Shown: in pieces, positions 14,180 to 27,800 of the stretch
Numbering within the stretch: position 1 is the first letter of the stretch
Layout of the letters: every line of letters starts with the position of its first letter
Origin: Marsupella aquatica
Taxonomy: Eukaryota > Plantae > Marchantiophyta
Direction of reading: 5' to 3'
Assembly: GCA_973895155.1 (NCBI GenBank)
Contig: OZ316897.1
Coordinates: 708,515 to 772,514 of the forward strand
DNA: 64,000 nucleotides
Made by a program: the position numbers and the translations under genes
Notes under the pieces: generated by a model
Told to the model about the DNA's origin: nothing
The model's database searches: none
What the model saw: the letters and a program-made list of their open reading frames with translations, nothing else

Positions 14180-14440
14180 GAAACAAATACCCCCCAAAAA
14201 AGAAACAGCCCAAGAAAACAAATATCTCCTGAAATTGTCTGCAAATTTGTGGTGGTCAAACCAACAAGCAACTGAAGCAAACGACCCCTACAAACAAGTA
14301 CCTTGTAACAAATACCCCACGGAACAAATACCCCCTGAAACCAATACCCCACAAAACAATACTCCCTGGAACCAATACCCCACAAAACACAATTACCCCC
14401 TGGAACCAATACCCCATGAGACACAAATACCCCATGAAAC
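14180..14440. repeat. AATACCCC-motif minisatellite
   Basis: Repeated AAATACCCC / CAATACCCC units. Confidence 0.75.
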
Positions 14441-14615
14441 TTTCAGCAATTTTACAGTGGTCAAATGCAACCCACTACCAACAAATATACATACACATCG
14501 ATTGTAATCAAAACCATTTTAAGCCAGTGTCATAATACAAGGTGAACGAACAATGATAGTTATATGAAAAGCACAATATTGTTTGATTGTTTGTTATTCA
14601 AAATGCCTTTCAAAA

Positions 14616-15101
14616 CTACGCCAACCCAGACCCTATCTGCATTTGTAGCCACTCCTCAGCCTGTTCTTGAGTCTTAAAGGACCTGTGACTATTACCACTA
14701 AAATGTAAAACTTGTTGTTGAGCAGTTTCCCAACAGTCATATATACCTGGTCTATGACCTCTAACCACTGCGTAGAAACGATGGTTTCTATGTCTGCCTA
14801 CACTGAGATTAAACTGTCGGCCATCAATATGTTGCAAAGGCATACCGTGGGGTTGAACCATGTCAGGTTGAGCTGCCATAGCAAGAGCCACTTCTGATGG
14901 CTGACGGGCAAGAGCAATGCATCGCTCCAGAAACTCATGCAGAAATAGAAGTAGCCTGCTCAAGAAACCCAGCAATGCCCAGAACATACTTTCAGTACAC
15001 AATCCCACTACAAAGCACGCAAATCCGGCAATTAGTTGCCTACAAAACCCCCAAACCACGTCAAACTTTCCAGCGCGTGCCATGGCATCTCCAAGTTGCA
15101 T
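14616..15101 (-). CDS. Small protein with an RNase H1 N-terminal hybrid-binding (caulimovirus viroplasmin-like) domain and no catalytic RNase H domain
   Basis: C-terminal FYAVVRGHRPGIYDCWETAQQQVLHFSGNSHRSFKTQEQAEEWL is the canonical HBD signature. The N-terminal segment is hydrophobic. Confidence 0.85.
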   Translation of the reverse strand: MQLGDAMARAGKFDVVWGFCRQLIAGFACFVVGLCTESMFWALLGFLSRLLLFLHEFLERCIALARQPSEVALAMAAQPDMVQPHGMPLQHIDGRQFNLSVGRHRNHRFYAVVRGHRPGIYDCWETAQQQVLHFSGNSHRSFKTQEQAEEWLQMQIGSGLA

Positions 15102-16199
15102 TTGTTTGCCTTGTATTTTCTCCCAAAGCGAGCCCCAAACTGCCTGGTTGTATCACTAGGCCTAACTTGAGAAGATCATGAACTTCCAGCTAGCCCCGAT
15201 CAGCCCCTAATCGGTAGGATCATGAACTGCTGCTACGACAGATGATTCCAGGCCGCCTCCTAGCAAGAAACCCTTCAGCATGAAATGCCAGGCAGACGAT
15301 CAGCCCCAACTTGACAGGAACGTGCTGCTATGAGAATGATTCCAGACAGCCTCCCAGCAAGAAACCCTCCAGCAAGAAGCTAGATTTTAACCTCCTCCCG
15401 TCCTCGCTACATCCTGTGGTCAGTAATCGATAAAATGCTGGTGGACACTTCTTAAGTATAATATCTGGATATGTTGGTGGGACCCAACTGCAGGTACACG
15501 CATCACGCTGAAACAAAGGACAAACTATACTTCCACGCGTCATGCCGCAACAAAGGACAAACTATACCATTTTTTAGTGACGCGCACATTGCCCTCACCA
15601 TTTGGTGTCAAGTTTACCTTGAATATGGTCACAGGGGACCGTTTGGTGTTTGATATACCTTAATATGAGCAAGGGTTAGTCAAGTCTAGCATAATCTGAG
15701 CAGCCAAGTCTAGCATAATCTGAGCTCCCAAGTCTAGCATTGGTCTATGTGACCACCCTTTATTGGAACATGTGTATATGACATATAATTATGCTTGCAT
15801 CCAAGTATGATTCAAAGTAGTTTAGGACTTTGGGGCTTATGAGCCTTGACTAAACAAACACAAAAATGTATGTAACCCAACCCCTCCCAAATTAAATCAT
15901 CCCAATGCTGCATTATCTAGTGGACCCGTCTTCACACTGATGGCTTGATAACTTTTGAAGGGGTTTCATAATTGGTGTAAAATGTATCCAATGTACATCT
16001 AATAGGGGCATTCATTATCCAAAATGTAGTTTGCAAGAATAACAATTTGTGAATATAATATAGGATCCCCATTTAGTATAAGCCTTTAGTTTACAAAGGC
16101 TGGTGGCCCTAGGGTACCAATTGTTGTCAATTTAATACCAGAGCGGGTAACATTTTCTGCCCACTCTAACATAATATGAGAGCTTAATTGCAAGGGTTA

Positions 16200-17285
16200 C
16201 CATAATTATATATGGTGTCAAATGCACCATTATATGAGGAAATGGTACCATAATATGCCTAATGCATCATTCATATGGTGTCTAATGCAACATTCTATGA
16301 GGATTTGGTACCATAAGGTGTCAAATACAACATTCTATGAGGAAATGGTATCATATGGTGTCAAATGCACCATTCTATGAGGATATGGGACCATATGGTG
16401 CCTAATGCATCATTCTATGAGGAAATGGTACCATATGGTGCCTAATGCACCATTATATAAGGATTTGGTACCATATCCTGCCTAATGCACCATTATATAA
16501 GGATTTGGTACCATATCCTGCCTAATGCACCGTTCTATGAGGAAATGGTACCATATGGTGCCTAATGCACCATTATATAAGGATTTGGTACCATATGGTG
16601 CCTTATGCACCATTATATAAGGATTTGGTATCATATGGTGCCTAATGCACCATTCTATGAGGAAATTGTACCATATGGTGCCTAATGCAACATTAAAGAA
16701 GGATATGGTACCATATGGTGTCAAATGCATCATTCTATGAGGAAATGGTACCATATGGTGCCTAATGCACCATTATATAAGGATTTGGTAGATCATATGG
16801 TGCCTAATGCATCATTCTATGAGGAAATGGTACCATATGGTGCCTAATGCACCATTCTATGAGGAAATGGTACCATATGGTGCCTAATGCACCATTATAT
16901 AAGGATTTGGTACCATATTCTGCCTAATGCACCATTCTATGAGGAAATGGTACCATATGGTGCCTAATGCACCATTATATAAGGATTTGGTACCATATCC
17001 TGCCTAATGCACCATTCTATGAGGAAATGGTACCATATGGTGCCTAATGCACCATTCTATGAGTAAATGGTACCATATCCTGCCTAATGCACCATTCTAT
17101 GAGGAAACGGTACCATATCCTGCCTAATGCACCATTCTATGAGGAAACGGTACCATATCCTGCCTAATGCACCATTCTATGAGGAAACGGTACCATTATG
17201 AGGAAATGGTACCATATCCTGCCTAATGCAACATTAAAGAAGGATATGGTACCATATGGTGCCTAATGGAACATTCTATGAGGAT
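16200..17285. repeat. 40-bp minisatellite (~27 copies) with an internal palindrome
   Basis: Unit CCATATGGTGCCTAATGCACCATTCTATGAGGAAATGGTA with period 40 (16431, 16471, 16511, 16551...). Contains the palindrome ACCATATGGT. Confidence 0.95.
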
Positions 17286-17779
17286 TGAAAAACATAATAG
17301 GAAAAACATTGAAAAACACAGAATAGTGCCACAATTTGCCCCTATTTTAGGACAAAAATTGGGAACAAACAAAATATGTGGAGAACGGACTATGTTTTTC
17401 CAGACTAAAAATCACCAAAATCAAGTGAAGTTACATTCCTGGACCTTACAACCCTTTATTATAGTTTGTAATGGTACCTTATTGTTTGAACTCTACCTGA
17501 ATATGGGCCGGGTATCATTTTGCGTACATCCTCTACCTTAATATCACCGTGGGGACGATTTGGTGTGAAGTTATCCTAATGTATGCAAGGCGTAATCGTT
17601 ATTTAAAAGTCAACTTGGCTACATATGAGGAAGGTAACGTTACTGTTTGGGCTGGACTAGCGCGCTTATAATGTATTACGCAACAAACTAACACGCATGT
17701 TAAATATACTGACTGTAGTTGGTCAAACGCTTATTCAATGCCGTCAAGTGCGCTCTTGGTGGACTGAAAAGAATGATGA

Positions 17780-20600
17780 AGGTGTTCGTGGAGAAAGGTG
17801 TTCGTGATGAATGTGTTCGTGCTTTGCTCTTCATCAAGGTGAAGCCAGAGTCTGTCGCGTGCTCTTTTGTGTATTGCCAATATGCCGACGGAACCGAAGG
17901 AACGATGTTCGTGTCAATACAAATGTTCGCATCTATAGAATGGGTTTGATTTCATCAGCCCAAGAACTCGACGACGACATGCACAACTTGACAAACTTGG
18001 CAAGGTCATTCCCGCAAAGTTTATTGTGGATCGGGGCAACTTTGATGGCCATGGCGAACCGTTTCAAGAGTCAAATGGAGCACATGCAACCTTGGGTAAT
18101 GCACAGACTCAATTGTGCCGACAACAAGTATGGCAGAATAGACGCGCAACAGAGTTGTACAGGGCCCTTACAGGAGGAGATGGTCATGCACATATGGGAA
18201 CAAACAACGTGCCAAATTACATGGATGTGGATGTGATGCGATTAATGGTCCGCTTCCCATACAGTATGGGATACATATTTTTCCGCAAATCAATCTGAAC
18301 GTGGACGAAGCAATATATCGGCAGACTTGGAGATTGCAGTCCATGCTTGATGAGGCCAAAATGCCTCAGGCTTTGCAAGACAACATTTTGAAAATGTTGT
18401 TTGGGAAGGTTCAGATGCCCGCATCAGAAAATGACACAAGTCCAGCCGACTTGGAAGGTGTAGGATTGGGTGCCCTCCTACGCATGGCTGGTGTGGCATG
18501 GGACGAAGGACTCCATGGAATAGATGCGTTGTCGTCATTCAAGGGTTTGTGTGGCACTTTTGAGCAATATGGGATGCCAAAGACCCAGCGGTGGAGGATG
18601 TGTATTGCATTGTTCTGAACGTTGCCCAATGGATGGATGTGGCAAAGCTCGTAAGGAGATGCTTCGGTTTGAATACTTCTCCATCGATCCCATGTTGCGG
18701 AAACTATGCAGCAGTCGTTCTGTTTGTCATGAGTTTCAGCAAATGTGGAGGGACAAAGATAGGTGGTTTCAAAGGGATAACACACCTAGGTCATTGTACA
18801 AGGAATGGTGGGACGGCTATCGCGCGGCAGAGCTATCCTATTTTTGGGACACCAGCACAATTTGAGGTTCCTGTCTTGTGCACAAGATGTTATGCATGCT
18901 ATGCAACAACACCCAAAAAATGCAGCAAGCTGTTGGATACGGCTAATTGGGATGATGTGTCCAAACAATACAACTTTCAATGCACAGATTGCGGATCTAG
19001 AGTGATTGCCCCAAAGCAACTCACAAAGGTTAGTCGTGTATTGCTTGCATTGTTGGAATACCAGTGGGGTATTGCTTGCATTGTCGGAGTACGAGTGGGG
19101 TAATACTGGGGTAATAATTGCATCATCAAAATACCAGTGGGGTAACCGGTTAACAATAGTAAATACATTCACCCATCCAAACATTTGTGCAGGGTGACCC
19201 TCGAAACATTGCGCTCTTGGCACATTGGGATGGATTTCAGTTTGCTAAGACTGCCCACAAAAGTACATGGACTGTGGAGGTTCAAGTGATAAATGCCCGG
19301 GTACAATCAGGATTACCACCCATTCCTGTTCTCTTCATCCCGCCCTGTGATGATGATGATGTAGGAAAAAAACTAAAATGCTTGGATGCTTTCTTAGAAC
19401 CATTCATTAATAAGAGAACTTCAGCAGTTGTACGTGGATGGCATTTATGTGTATTACAATTACCCTGTGGAACTACTAGATAATACCCAAGACTCTGTTA
19501 GCGAATGATGCACTGATGGTCTCATTGTGTTCATGTGCAGGCATGAATCTTGAGTTGCCGGTAAAGCACTCTCAGGTGGTAACAGTGGAATGGAGGAATG
19601 CAGCAGAACGTCATGCCTATTTGTATATGCAGGACCAGATTGCTGTGATATTTAGGATGAATGGAGAAATTGGGGCCATCCGCCAAACTCTCCTTAAAGC
19701 AACTTTGGACAAGTGCTGGAGTATTTAACCACATGACTATTGACGACAACGTCAGTGACAAATGCACTCCACTGCAATCAGTCGTGTGGAAAGCGGAAGT
19801 TTACAGGCCTGGTGATCACGTAGTTGTACTAGTAGATGGGAGTACAGATACTACACATCCTCAAAATTGGAAAGCTGTCATCCACAAACTTTTCATGCAC
19901 GAATTTGGAGGCCACATGGATATATTCTTTGAGGTTGATTGGTACAAACAACGATACGAACAGGATCCAAGACGACATGTAGTGTCTTGGAAACGAGATG
20001 AGTATTCCCAGTTTACTATTTTGGAACCCAAATTATCCCACGCACATGGCAACAATTGCAGACAGATATCAAGAATTCTACACAAGTTCTTCCCAATTAG
20101 AAGAGGCGGTGTGGCTGGTGGAGGGGGGGGGGAGGGAAATAGTGGCCTTAGAGATTGGAGATACGCTACTTTGGGAACTCCCGACAACTATTGCCAACTG
20201 CCCACCTTTCCCAGAGGTAGGAGATATAATGAGTGCATTTACGGACTCTACGTTGGATGTCAATTCATTCCCTGAACTTTGTGTAGTGAGGGAGGACATC
20301 ATGCCCATGCATGATACAGGGGCGGAAGACGATGCAACAGGATTGGACGATGCGTCTGACGGGGAGGAATCAGGGCTGGAAGATACAAACAAGACTCCCA
20401 ATGCAGACAGGTCTGAGAAGGACTTGGGAAAAGTTGTTGTGACCTAGCTGACGGTAGTGGGTTCTCGGTCGAACTGTCCTGTGTACAAAACAAATACCCA
20501 AATCGACAAACAAATTGGGTTTGAAAGATTAGTCGCATTGAAGGGTGAATTTTGCACCATTGCAACTACCAACGGTATATCTACACAGTGGAATACGGTG
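17780..20600 (+). pseudogene. CACTA TnpD-like (Transposase_21) transposase remnant, frameshifted and internally deleted
   Basis: Motifs YFSIDPMLRKL, YKEWWDG, GDPRNIALLAHWDGFQ (first catalytic D) and LDAFLEPFI; intron at about 19029-19192; downstream BAH-like segment VYRPGDHVVV...FFEVDWY. The central catalytic region appears to be missing. Confidence 0.8.
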
Positions 20601-21699
20601 TAGATTGTGACCACGGGTGTACGTTGCGGTAGTGAAACCGTTGGGGATGGTGTGAGTTATGTTGTTTGAGTGGGGTACGTTGGGTAATTAGGCGTATGCA
20701 GGATGCCTACGAAGTAGATGGCTACATGATTCAGATGGACGGCTACGATTATGCAAAAAGTGAATCAACGGCCAGTAACGTGTCTGAGAATGGGCGGATG
20801 ATGAGGTTTGGGAGTGAAATGTATGAGCGTGAGGAAAGTATGCTTAGGGGCTATGGGGCTATGTTTAGGGTAATGATCAGTCACTTTCAAGGGAGTGTAA
20901 TGGTGATGGCACACACGGGGCTTTGCGGGAGTGATTACTGCAGCCCGTAAGGTCATTGTTGGTCGTGATGAAACATTGGCGCACAGAGGATACATGTTTA
21001 CGATACACATGAAGAAAGGAAGGCTTGCTACATTTCATTGTGGAGCTTCTTGCAATTTCCAGTAGTGATGTGTAATCCATTTCCGCAATACTTATGACCT
21101 GCCTTCTCCTGCAGACATTCCAGTTGATTCCTTTTTATAGCGTCTTCTGCAGAGAAGTTCCTTACCTCCAATCTAGATTGCTTTAGTGTAGCCCCCTTAC
21201 TTTCATTTTGTGCAGCATGACATAGGGTACGAGAGGTGTGACATTGGGTTCGTTTTTGTAGCATCTTCTGTAGAGAGAGGACTTCCTTATCTCCAATCCA
21301 GATTGCTCCCACTTACTTTCATTTTGTGCAGCATGACATAGGGTACAAGAGGGTGGCATTGGGTACGAGAGGGGTACCTATTAGTGACAGTGGTGAAAAG
21401 TCTAATGGTGACTAGCAATCGCCCTATAGGTCAAGGACGTATAGCGACAAGTAGTCGCCCTAGTGGTCGACACCCAATTGCGACAGGAAGTCACCTTGCA
21501 AGTCGACCCCCAATGGCGACAAGAAGTTGCCCTGCACCAATGGCGATAAGAAGTCGTGCACACAGTGCTGGTCATCCAGCGCAAACTTCAAACCTCATGC
21601 AGGCAGCTAAGGACGTCAAAGATAGTGAGCACTTCTCACTAATGTTATTTTGAACATTGCAGTTGTTTGCTTATAATGTTGGGATTCTGATTCATGCTC

Positions 21700-24600
21700 T
21701 ATTTTTATAGAGGAGACGCAGACGATATGGAAGTCCTTTACTAGGACACAAATACAGAATGTACTGGAGATGGCACCATCCAAACATAAATTGGTGAAAT
21801 CGGTGGGTCTCGTGAATACCCTGGAGCTTGATTGGCCACCAGCAGCAATTCCAGCTGTGAAGGATTTTGCCATGGGGTACAGGCATTTAGTCTCCCCACG
21901 GGAAATTTTGCGGAATTACCGACTGAGTGGGTTGACGGTCAAATTGATTCAATCTTTACAAAATGGGCTGCGGGAAACCCATACACCATTGCACATTTAA
22001 GCTCACCCTTCATCGATTGGTGTGGGATTATCAGGGTGTTGAATTCCTTGCTTTTATGCAAGCACAAACCCAATCAGGTGAACGCAAGGCAGATGTGGGT
22101 GTATTGGGCGTACTGGTGGAATGAAATTGCGGAGTGTGATCGATTTGAAGGTGCTGCGACTCCAATTGTGAAGCCGGATTGGGCGGAATTGATTTTTGAG
22201 GAATTAGGAGCAGAATTTCTCAATTTACAGAGGCACCTATTGAGGAAAGGTAAGGTGGATAAATGGCAACCGGTGTATTGTGGAACTGCAATTACCAAAC
22301 TGCTTCTACATCATGGGTATTCCTTGGACCAGCTGATGCACGATTGGAACGGTGGTGAAGTGGAAATGTCAGAGGGCAGGGACAATGAAGAGCAGCACGT
22401 GCATGGTGAGGAACAGAAATGTTTCAACGGCGCACAGAGTGTACCCGATGATGAGCAGCATGCTACGCAGGAATGTGCCAATGGTGCGTAGAGAGCACCC
22501 GATGGTGAGTAGCATGCTGTGCAGGAATGTGACGATCATGCGTAAAGATCACCTGATGGTGAGCAGCATGCTATGCAGGAATGTGACGATGGTGCGCATA
22601 GATCACCCATTGGTGAGTAGAAATCACCCGATGGTGAGCAACATGCTGCGTATGAATGTGACAATGATGCGCATAGATCACCCGTTGGGGAGCAAAAATC
22701 TTCAAGAGGTCAGGAAGAATTGACTGATGGTGACCGGACAACCCCTCCTGCGGCAGAGTGCTTGCAAATTTTGGGAGAGCACATTCACGACCTGGAAGTT
22801 GATATTGCAAAGAAACGCGAGACCATAGGTGAACTAGTGGAGAGTTATGAATGTCTAAAACATGTTCTGGTACATCATGTGTGTGGTCATAAGCTATACA
22901 AGGCAAAACACAAGAAGATTGCATTTGAATTGATAAATGAAAATGAGTTTCTAAGGAACCGTTGTGAGCAATTGGAAGAGGAGGTAAAATTACTCAGAAA
23001 ACAAGAAGCTATCAGTGACACATTTCTTGGACAAGATGCAAACGTTGTTGCTGAGGAATGTGAGGTTCTGCTAGCACTTTGAGGCACGGCACCTGCAGAT
23101 ACGCAACCCGGATCTGAGTAGGTGCAACATTGCGTGATTTCAGAGCCCACCTTTATTTCAGAGGGAGAGGCACAAAATGCAACAACAACATCCAAAGTTG
23201 AGGTACAAGATTCAGGGGAACCATCAGAAGTTGAGGAACCAGCTGCAGAGGGAGAGGCACCAATGGTGGGACCAGCATCGCTAGTAGAGGTCCCAACTGC
23301 AGAGGGAGAGGCGGAAATGGTTGGACCAGCATCACAAGTAGAGGTCCCACCATCAGAGGAGGATGCACCATCAGATGTGCCAGGTTCACCAACAATTTTT
23401 GTTCTTTTCAACACACCAAATAAGAGACAGCGATGGAGAGCTGGGCCGAGTCACACTCCGTCACCACCCAAGAAGAGAATATGTGTTGACCAGAGTACCC
23501 CATCACCACCCAAGGAGAAAGATGTCAAATCCCAGACTCCATCGTACAAGTATTTGAATGCCTGTTTAGATGAGGAGGATGCGGGTGAGGATGAGGACGA
23601 GGACGAGGACTAACCCGAGGAGGAGCGCTCTGCATCAGGGTCCGAAGGAGATAATGATGACCGATTGCTATTGATGGATCAAGACTGGCAAGAGGAGGCA
23701 ATTCAGTGTGGAAAGGTAAGTGCTTCTAATCCAGACCTCTATTTCAAGTTTGAGTTCAAGGATTTTAGGAACTGTTCCTTGATATGACCAAAGAGCGGAA
23801 ACTTCAGACCATTCTTGTACAATTTCGCAGGAGGATATTGAAGGAAGTAATTTGACAGCAATGATGAGCCCCCCATCTGGTACAATGTCAGTAACTTTGT
23901 ATCCCCACTAGCAGATTGGTCTTGCTTGGATGGTGGATAGGGAGTCAGGGAAGAGCTCTCCAGTTGGAGGAATCTTGGCAGATGACCAGGTAATTATTAA
24001 ATCCATTTTGTTTGGATTGGAAACTCTACATGCACCCTCTGTCCGTCGCTTTCAATGTTTACAAGTGGGGTATTGGTAGTGGGGTATTGGGGTATTGGGG
24101 TATCAGTAGTGGGGTATTGGGGTATCGTTAGTGGGGTATTGGGGTATGTGCGTGGTCTTTTCGTTCCTTGTAAGCACAGAGTATGCTGAGTGTTTGTTTT
24201 GTTCATTTTTTGCAGGGAATGGGGAAGACACTCCATGTGATTGCCCTCATGATGACCAACCGGCCTTGAAATTGCGGGCCAACTCTCGTTGTTTGCCCAT
24301 CTAGTGTGATAATTCAATGGGCCAAGGAAATCAACGATATGACCACGAAGGCCGCCAATTTGAGTGTTCTTGTGTACCACGGCAGTAGCAGGAAGAAGGA
24401 CCCAAAGTACATTGCAACATTTGGGGTTGTCGTAACAACTTATGCCATTTTGTCAGCCGAGTCGAGCGTGGTTCCCAAGAAGCTGAAGAAAGGGTCACTG
24501 GTGCCTTTGACAATTAAATGGGCACCAGGTGCTTTGGAGCGGACCCGGTGGTTCAGAGTGGTCCTGGACGAGTGTCATGTCATGAAGAATAGATCAAGCC

Positions 24601-24800
24601 AGTACTTTAAAGCAGCGTGTTGTCTCCTGGCGGAGAAAAGATGGTGCCTAAGTGGCACACCAATACAGAATGAACCTAAGGATCTCTTTCCTTATTTCAG
24701 GTTCCTGCAATACTGTCCTCTACGCGAGTGGGGGGATTTCAACAAAATGTTGAAGATGATGAATGGTAGCACGAGTAAATCATATCAATTCCTATCTCGA
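21700..24800 (+). pseudogene. 5' part of a PMD-like / acidic / SNF2 (Rad5/16-like, CHR27/28-type) helicase fusion gene
   Basis: ORFs 21832, 22720 and 23122 share one frame through point stops up to the donor at 23715. Phase-0 splices lead to LYPH*QIGLAWM..GGILADDQ (23831-23989) and GMGKT (24216), followed by VLDECH, RWCLSGTPIQN and DLFPYFRFL. Cut by the Gypsy LTR at 24801. Confidence 0.82.
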
Positions 24801-27800
24801 TGTGGTGTGTCCCATGGCTCCCTAAACCCAAGAAACCCCCCTGCACAAGCCGATTCCCGCAGGTTTTTGAGCTTGGCGAGGCCGGTTTCACGGCTTAGCG
24901 GCATGGGACGCTGCTAACCTCCTCTACTACTACTATTAACATTTTACACACATATACTGGACAGATCCTTCATCGGGTCATGAGATACGTAGCCGGCCTA
25001 ATCTAGGCCTTCCCTTGTCGTCCCCATCCTTCTGGTTAGGTATATTTGGATTCCGCCGCCGGAATGATCCCCAATAGGCTTGGTTAAGCCGCTAAGACCT
25101 CTCTCAGCTCGACACATCCAACTCTCACTCCCTTGCTTACTTTCCTTCATCTATTAGTTGATGTGGGCACTCTTCACACAAGTTAATGCGACACACACAT
25201 AGCAAAATGACTCCTTCTGACTGAGTCATACCATGCACTTGCCATACAAACAGTACATCTCATACACAAGCTCTGCGAACTAAGCCGTGAGGCCAACTCT
25301 ATTCAGCTCTTAGGCATGAGGAAACATGAATATACACAAGGGTCACTGTATGACTAACCGAGAGCTTCTCTCACTACTTGATCCCAGCCCGGCTGGTACA
25401 ACTAAAAACTTGCTAAAGAAGAGGCCCTAAGCTCCCCGCTGCCCAGGTACTTATCCTGGTAGTGGATCCGCCTAATTCCTTGCAGCATAAGCCTAATCTA
25501 CCTAACTGAATCTACCTATGTACAGCGAGGCAGGAGTACAAGTGTTGCTCTTACCAGTGGAACCGCAATCCCACTAAGCTAAGTGTCAGGGCCGCCTCCT
25601 GGCCCTGATCCTAATCCTAAACTTAGAGATCTGCGCCCGCCCTGCCCACTCACGCCTCCTCCCTCCACCTCCGCCCTCCTTGAAAGGAGCGGCCCTCCAC
25701 CACCGTCATGGCAGCGGTGTCTGTTCCTCAGTGGACGCCCCCAATGCTTCCTCCTCAGCCACTGCCGTAGGTTCGTTCTCTGATAGATTACCTGCCCTGG
25801 ACTGAGTCAACTCTCCATCGGCCTGACTAGGTCCACCTTCGGCTTCAGCCTCGGCTTCGGCTTTGGCATCAGCCATGGCTTTGGCCTGAGCCTCGGCTTC
25901 ATCATCCCCTTCTTCTAGGGTAGTTGGATCCTCTGTCGCGACCCTGTCTGGGGTCGGTGCTGGGTCTACCTCCTTGGGCACCACGGCCTGTGGAGCCGTA
26001 TTACTCCTTGACCCTGAAGGTTTCCGTTTCTTCTTCTTTTCTGGTTCGGCAACTGGTCCCTTCCCCTTCCCACTTACTTCCAGCATTGGTGCAAGTGGCG
26101 CGGCTTGTCCTTCGGCCAGTACCACTCCTGGTAACTTGGTTGCCCCAATTGGATTTGGGCCTGATGAAGCCAAGCACTTAAATACTGCGGCTTGTTTCTT
26201 CAGCCGCTCCGTTTGGTTGTTGGCTCGCCGTTGTAAGTTCTCCAGCTTCCACGTACTTTCCTCCAACTCTTCCTGTACTTCGTCCAGGTCCTTGCGTGCC
26301 TCCTCCAACTCTTTCTGGGCTTCCTCCAACTCCCTGTGGGCTTCCTTCAATTCCTTCTTGAAGGTAGCCCTCTCCTCCTGGGTTGCTCTTAGCTCTTTGT
26401 CGAGCTCCGTTACGACCTCAGACTCCATTTTATTCATCTTGGCATAAGTCTGGTCGAGCTGGTCGTCCTTCTCCCGTAGGTCGGCCTTGAAGCTGGCCGT
26501 CAGGGACACAAGCTCCTGCTGCAGCGCAATAATCCCTTGATAGGATTTCCCTAACTCGGCCTCCTTCTGCTCAAGGGCTCCGCGGATATCCTTGAGCTCC
26601 CCCTCTTCAACGCCCTTTCCCTTCTTTGGGTCTCCGGCATGGCCCGGTTGTTGGCTGTTATGTGGGCTTCCTCTGCATCCCTCAGCTCTCGCTTCCACTT
26701 CTCCCGCTCCTTGATCGCATCGGCCAACTCACCTTGGGTTCGAGTCAGTTTATTCTCGATAATCCGGTTATCTGGTTGTGCGGTATCCAACTGGCCCTGC
26801 ATGATATTTAGCTCATGCCGCTTAATCCGCAGCTCATCTTGGGCTTTCCTGGCCGCCCTCAAGTCTTCGATTTCGGCTTCCCTTGCCCTAAGTCGACGGA
26901 TGACCTCGTCCTTCTTGCTTCTTTCCAAAGCCACCGCTTCTTCTAATTGGCGCTTCTCCAACATCTCCCTCTGGAAAAAGGGTCCCTGCTCCAACTCCTC
27001 CCCAAAGATGCTGAGTGCCAGCTCTCCACACATCTCCCCGTACTCCATGGCTCTATTTTTAGCATAGGTGGAGGAAGTAGCAGTCATCGGCATCATCCAC
27101 CGCGGCCTTTGTTCCCAAGCCGTCTTGCGGATCTCTTCTATTGTGGCTGGAGGGTTGCTTTGTTTTTCTGCAAGCCGCCTGATGTTCTCTGGCCATTCTC
27201 CTCCTGGTAAATCCTTCTCCCTAGCCAGGGCTGCTTCCTCTTCCTCCCTGATTCGCTCCTGAAATTCCTGCGCCGTCTATTTTATGCCGTCAAAGCTCGG
27301 GGAAGCAACATCTGGTGGGGGAGACTCGGGGCTGCTCTGCTGGCTAGGGTCCCCTCGGACTACTCTTGGGAGTGTGGGGATGAACCGGCCACAGGTCCTT
27401 AATCCTGGAACATGATGATCCGACCCATAGCCGGAGTTGTCATTGCTGTAGTCCTCCACCGCCTCCTCCTCAGCTTGGACTACCGGCTTCTCCCGCTGTT
27501 CTCCTGGTTTTGTCGTGAACACGGCTTCATCTCTTGCCGGTCTTGGTTCCTCCTCCGGCTTCCGTGTTGATCTCTTGTTCTCCTTGCCGTGGTCGGGAGC
27601 TACGGCCTGCTTCTCTTCAGCTTCGGGACTAGAGGCTCCTACATACATCCGGACTCCCGGTTCGTGTTCCGGCCTCCTTCTCTCCTTGGCTCCAGTAAAG
27701 GGGTTTTCCCTTGTAAGCCGGCTTAGGCCTACCTCTGGAGCAGTGTCCTGTATTGTTGCCGTTGCCGTTGCCGTTGCTATTGCTGTTGCTGTTCTCTTTT

